A stretch of 64,000 nt of DNA from Candidatus Nanohaloarchaea archaeon (lineage in GTDB: Archaea; Nanohalarchaeota; Nanosalinia; Nanosalinales; Nanosalinaceae). The first letter of the stretch is position 1; every line of letters starts with the position of its first letter. Location of the stretch: assembly GCA_047617745.1 (NCBI GenBank), contig JBLGBN010000001.1:32001-96000 (forward strand), in the 5' to 3' direction. Both the position numbers and the translations under genes were made by a program. Shown in pieces: positions 62,582 through 64,000 of the stretch. A model generated the notes under the pieces. It was not told where the DNA came from. It saw only the letters and a list, made by a program, of their open reading frames with translations, and did no database searches.

Positions 62582-63379
62582 GTGAGGTCTATCTTTTCAG
62601 ATTATATAATAAAGCAGAACCTCAACAGTATGAAAGAGCACATCAAGGAGAACAACAAGGATTTCCTATTTGTAGTGGCGGGAGAAGAAGGAACCGGGAA
62701 ATCAGCGCTCTCCCTAATGATGGCAAAACACCTAGACCCCAACTTTGATGTAGAAAAACAGGTAGCATTCTCCAGCCAAGAATTCCGACGAAAAGCATCA
62801 CAACTAGAACCCTTCAAACCCATCATATTCGACGAAGCCATCGAAGGACTATACAGCAGGAATGCAGTAACCAAAGAAAACAAGAAAACAATACAGTTCC
62901 TGCGAAAATGCCGGGAAATGAACCTGATAATCTTCCTAAACCTACCACAACTCTCAGAACTCGACAAACCTATACGGAAACACCGAGCAAAATCAGTGAT
63001 CCGATGCGTAAAACAAGGCTGGGCATGGGTCTACGGCACCACCAAAACCAAAAGAATCCAAAAAAGAAAATACGGAAAGCTGAAATATCCTAAATATCCT
63101 ACCTATAAAATCGGATGGAGAGACCCAGAAAACGCAATACCTGAAACCTGGAAAAAATACCAAAAACAGAAAATGAAGGATATACAGGATCTGAAAGACC
63201 AAGAGGAACCCAATACCTCCGATAAATGGATGAGTGTCGGGAAATTCGCGGAATCAGTAGGAGTAACAAACAAAACAGTCAGAAACTGGTGCAATGAGGG
63301 AGAGATAGACTTCAAGAGGCTGCCAAACGAAGACCGCAGAATACCCAAAAGCCAAGTAGATGTAGTTCTGAACGATTAA
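62582..63379 (+). CDS. P-loop ATPase (Zot/FtsK-HerA-like) fused to MerR/excisionase-type HTH
   Basis: Walker A GEEGTGKS, Walker B IIFDEA, ELDKPIR; C-terminal WMSVGKFAESVGVTNKTVRNWCNEGEI. Confidence 0.8.
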   Translation: MRSIFSDYIIKQNLNSMKEHIKENNKDFLFVVAGEEGTGKSALSLMMAKHLDPNFDVEKQVAFSSQEFRRKASQLEPFKPIIFDEAIEGLYSRNAVTKENKKTIQFLRKCREMNLIIFLNLPQLSELDKPIRKHRAKSVIRCVKQGWAWVYGTTKTKRIQKRKYGKLKYPKYPTYKIGWRDPENAIPETWKKYQKQKMKDIQDLKDQEEPNTSDKWMSVGKFAESVGVTNKTVRNWCNEGEIDFKRLPNEDRRIPKSQVDVVLND

Positions 63380-63453
63380 ACACGCTAAACTTCAGGATAT
63401 CTGGCTTTAATGATATTAATAGCTTCTATAGTGTGTCTTAGCTACTAATTAGT

Positions 63454-63993
63454 TTAAGCAGCTCCTAAAGAGCTTTCCTGGGCCTCAACCATATCACCAA
63501 TATCTTTGTTCATCATATTCTCGATGAATTTCGTAGCCATACTAGCATAGCTTTTAATTTGTGGGCTTTCAGTTCTAGGGATATCCATTAGGTCTATTTG
63601 GGGGACCTCCTCTATTATTATCTGAAAAATAGGGCCTATGCGTAGAGGCGACTCCCGAGAAGCAAAATTAATGAGTCTTGTCATCTGTTTAAGGTTTTCC
63701 AAGCCTTCCTCTCTTACTCTTACATTCTGGCCTTCTTTAAAATCTAAATCTTCTACTACGATCCTTGCTCCTGCCAAAGACATATAGAGAATTTTTACGT
63801 ACATTGAAAGTTGTTTTTCAGCATCAGAAACTTTTTCACCTAGAACCTTCTGTAACCTTTCGTTCTCAAACAGTCTCAAAACTTCAGAACGGCCAAAAAT
63901 ATTTTCTATAGTTTCTTCATCTTCTGCTTCTACTCTTAGAGCTTCTTGATTCTTATCTTCGTATTTAAAAAGGTGTGTAATTACTTCAAGCAA
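63454..63993 (-). CDS. Hypothetical protein of the mobile element (may start beyond window)
   Basis: Long AT-rich ORF open to the window edge. Confidence 0.6.
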   Translation of the reverse strand: MLEVITHLFKYEDKNQEALRVEAEDEETIENIFGRSEVLRLFENERLQKVLGEKVSDAEKQLSMYVKILYMSLAGARIVVEDLDFKEGQNVRVREEGLENLKQMTRLINFASRESPLRIGPIFQIIIEEVPQIDLMDIPRTESPQIKSYASMATKFIENMMNKDIGDMVEAQESSLGAA

Positions 63994-64000
63994 TTTATCT

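Larger units (their letters stand above)
59369..64000. mobile_element. Left part of an integrated plasmid/provirus-like element (extends beyond window)
   Basis: AbrB, RHH, helicase-like AAA+ ATPase, Zot/FtsK-like ATPase with excisionase HTH; lower GC, longer spacers, less acidic proteins; no integrase in window. Confidence 0.8.

Overview
Chromosomal segment of a small, gene-dense, extremely halophilic archaeon. The Glu/Asp-rich proteome, moderate GC, minimal intergenic spacers and archaeal informational genes suggest Nanohaloarchaeota/DPANN (inference). Housekeeping genes include dys (partial), top6A/top6B, the aIF-1A/RIO1/Dim2 cluster, NMD3, EF-1beta, FEN1, GpmI, Alba, Dph5, Trm5, pelota and HtrA, plus intron-containing tRNA-Asn(GTT) and tRNA-Arg(GCG). 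About 37 kb (19.4-56.8 kb) is mostly cell-envelope genes: (1) a Tad-like type IV pilus locus with an ATPase, a platform protein and 13 pilin-like genes, three of them missed by the ORF track and one probably CTG-initiated; (2) an adjacent uncharacterised block with four paralogous 'LPF..Y..L' membrane proteins, an ATP-grasp ligase and a helical domain encoded both free and fused to a 954-aa membrane anchor, which is the best candidate for an undescribed system; (3) a coiled-coil trio with twin-arginine signals; (4) S-layer-like proteins; (5) paralogous lipoproteins plus a large membrane protein with an SNPAGW hydrophobic segment. The last 4.6 kb is the left part of an integrated plasmid- or virus-like element. 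No CRISPR array, rRNA, transposase or reverse transcriptase was seen. All family calls come from motif recognition by eye; no database searches were run.
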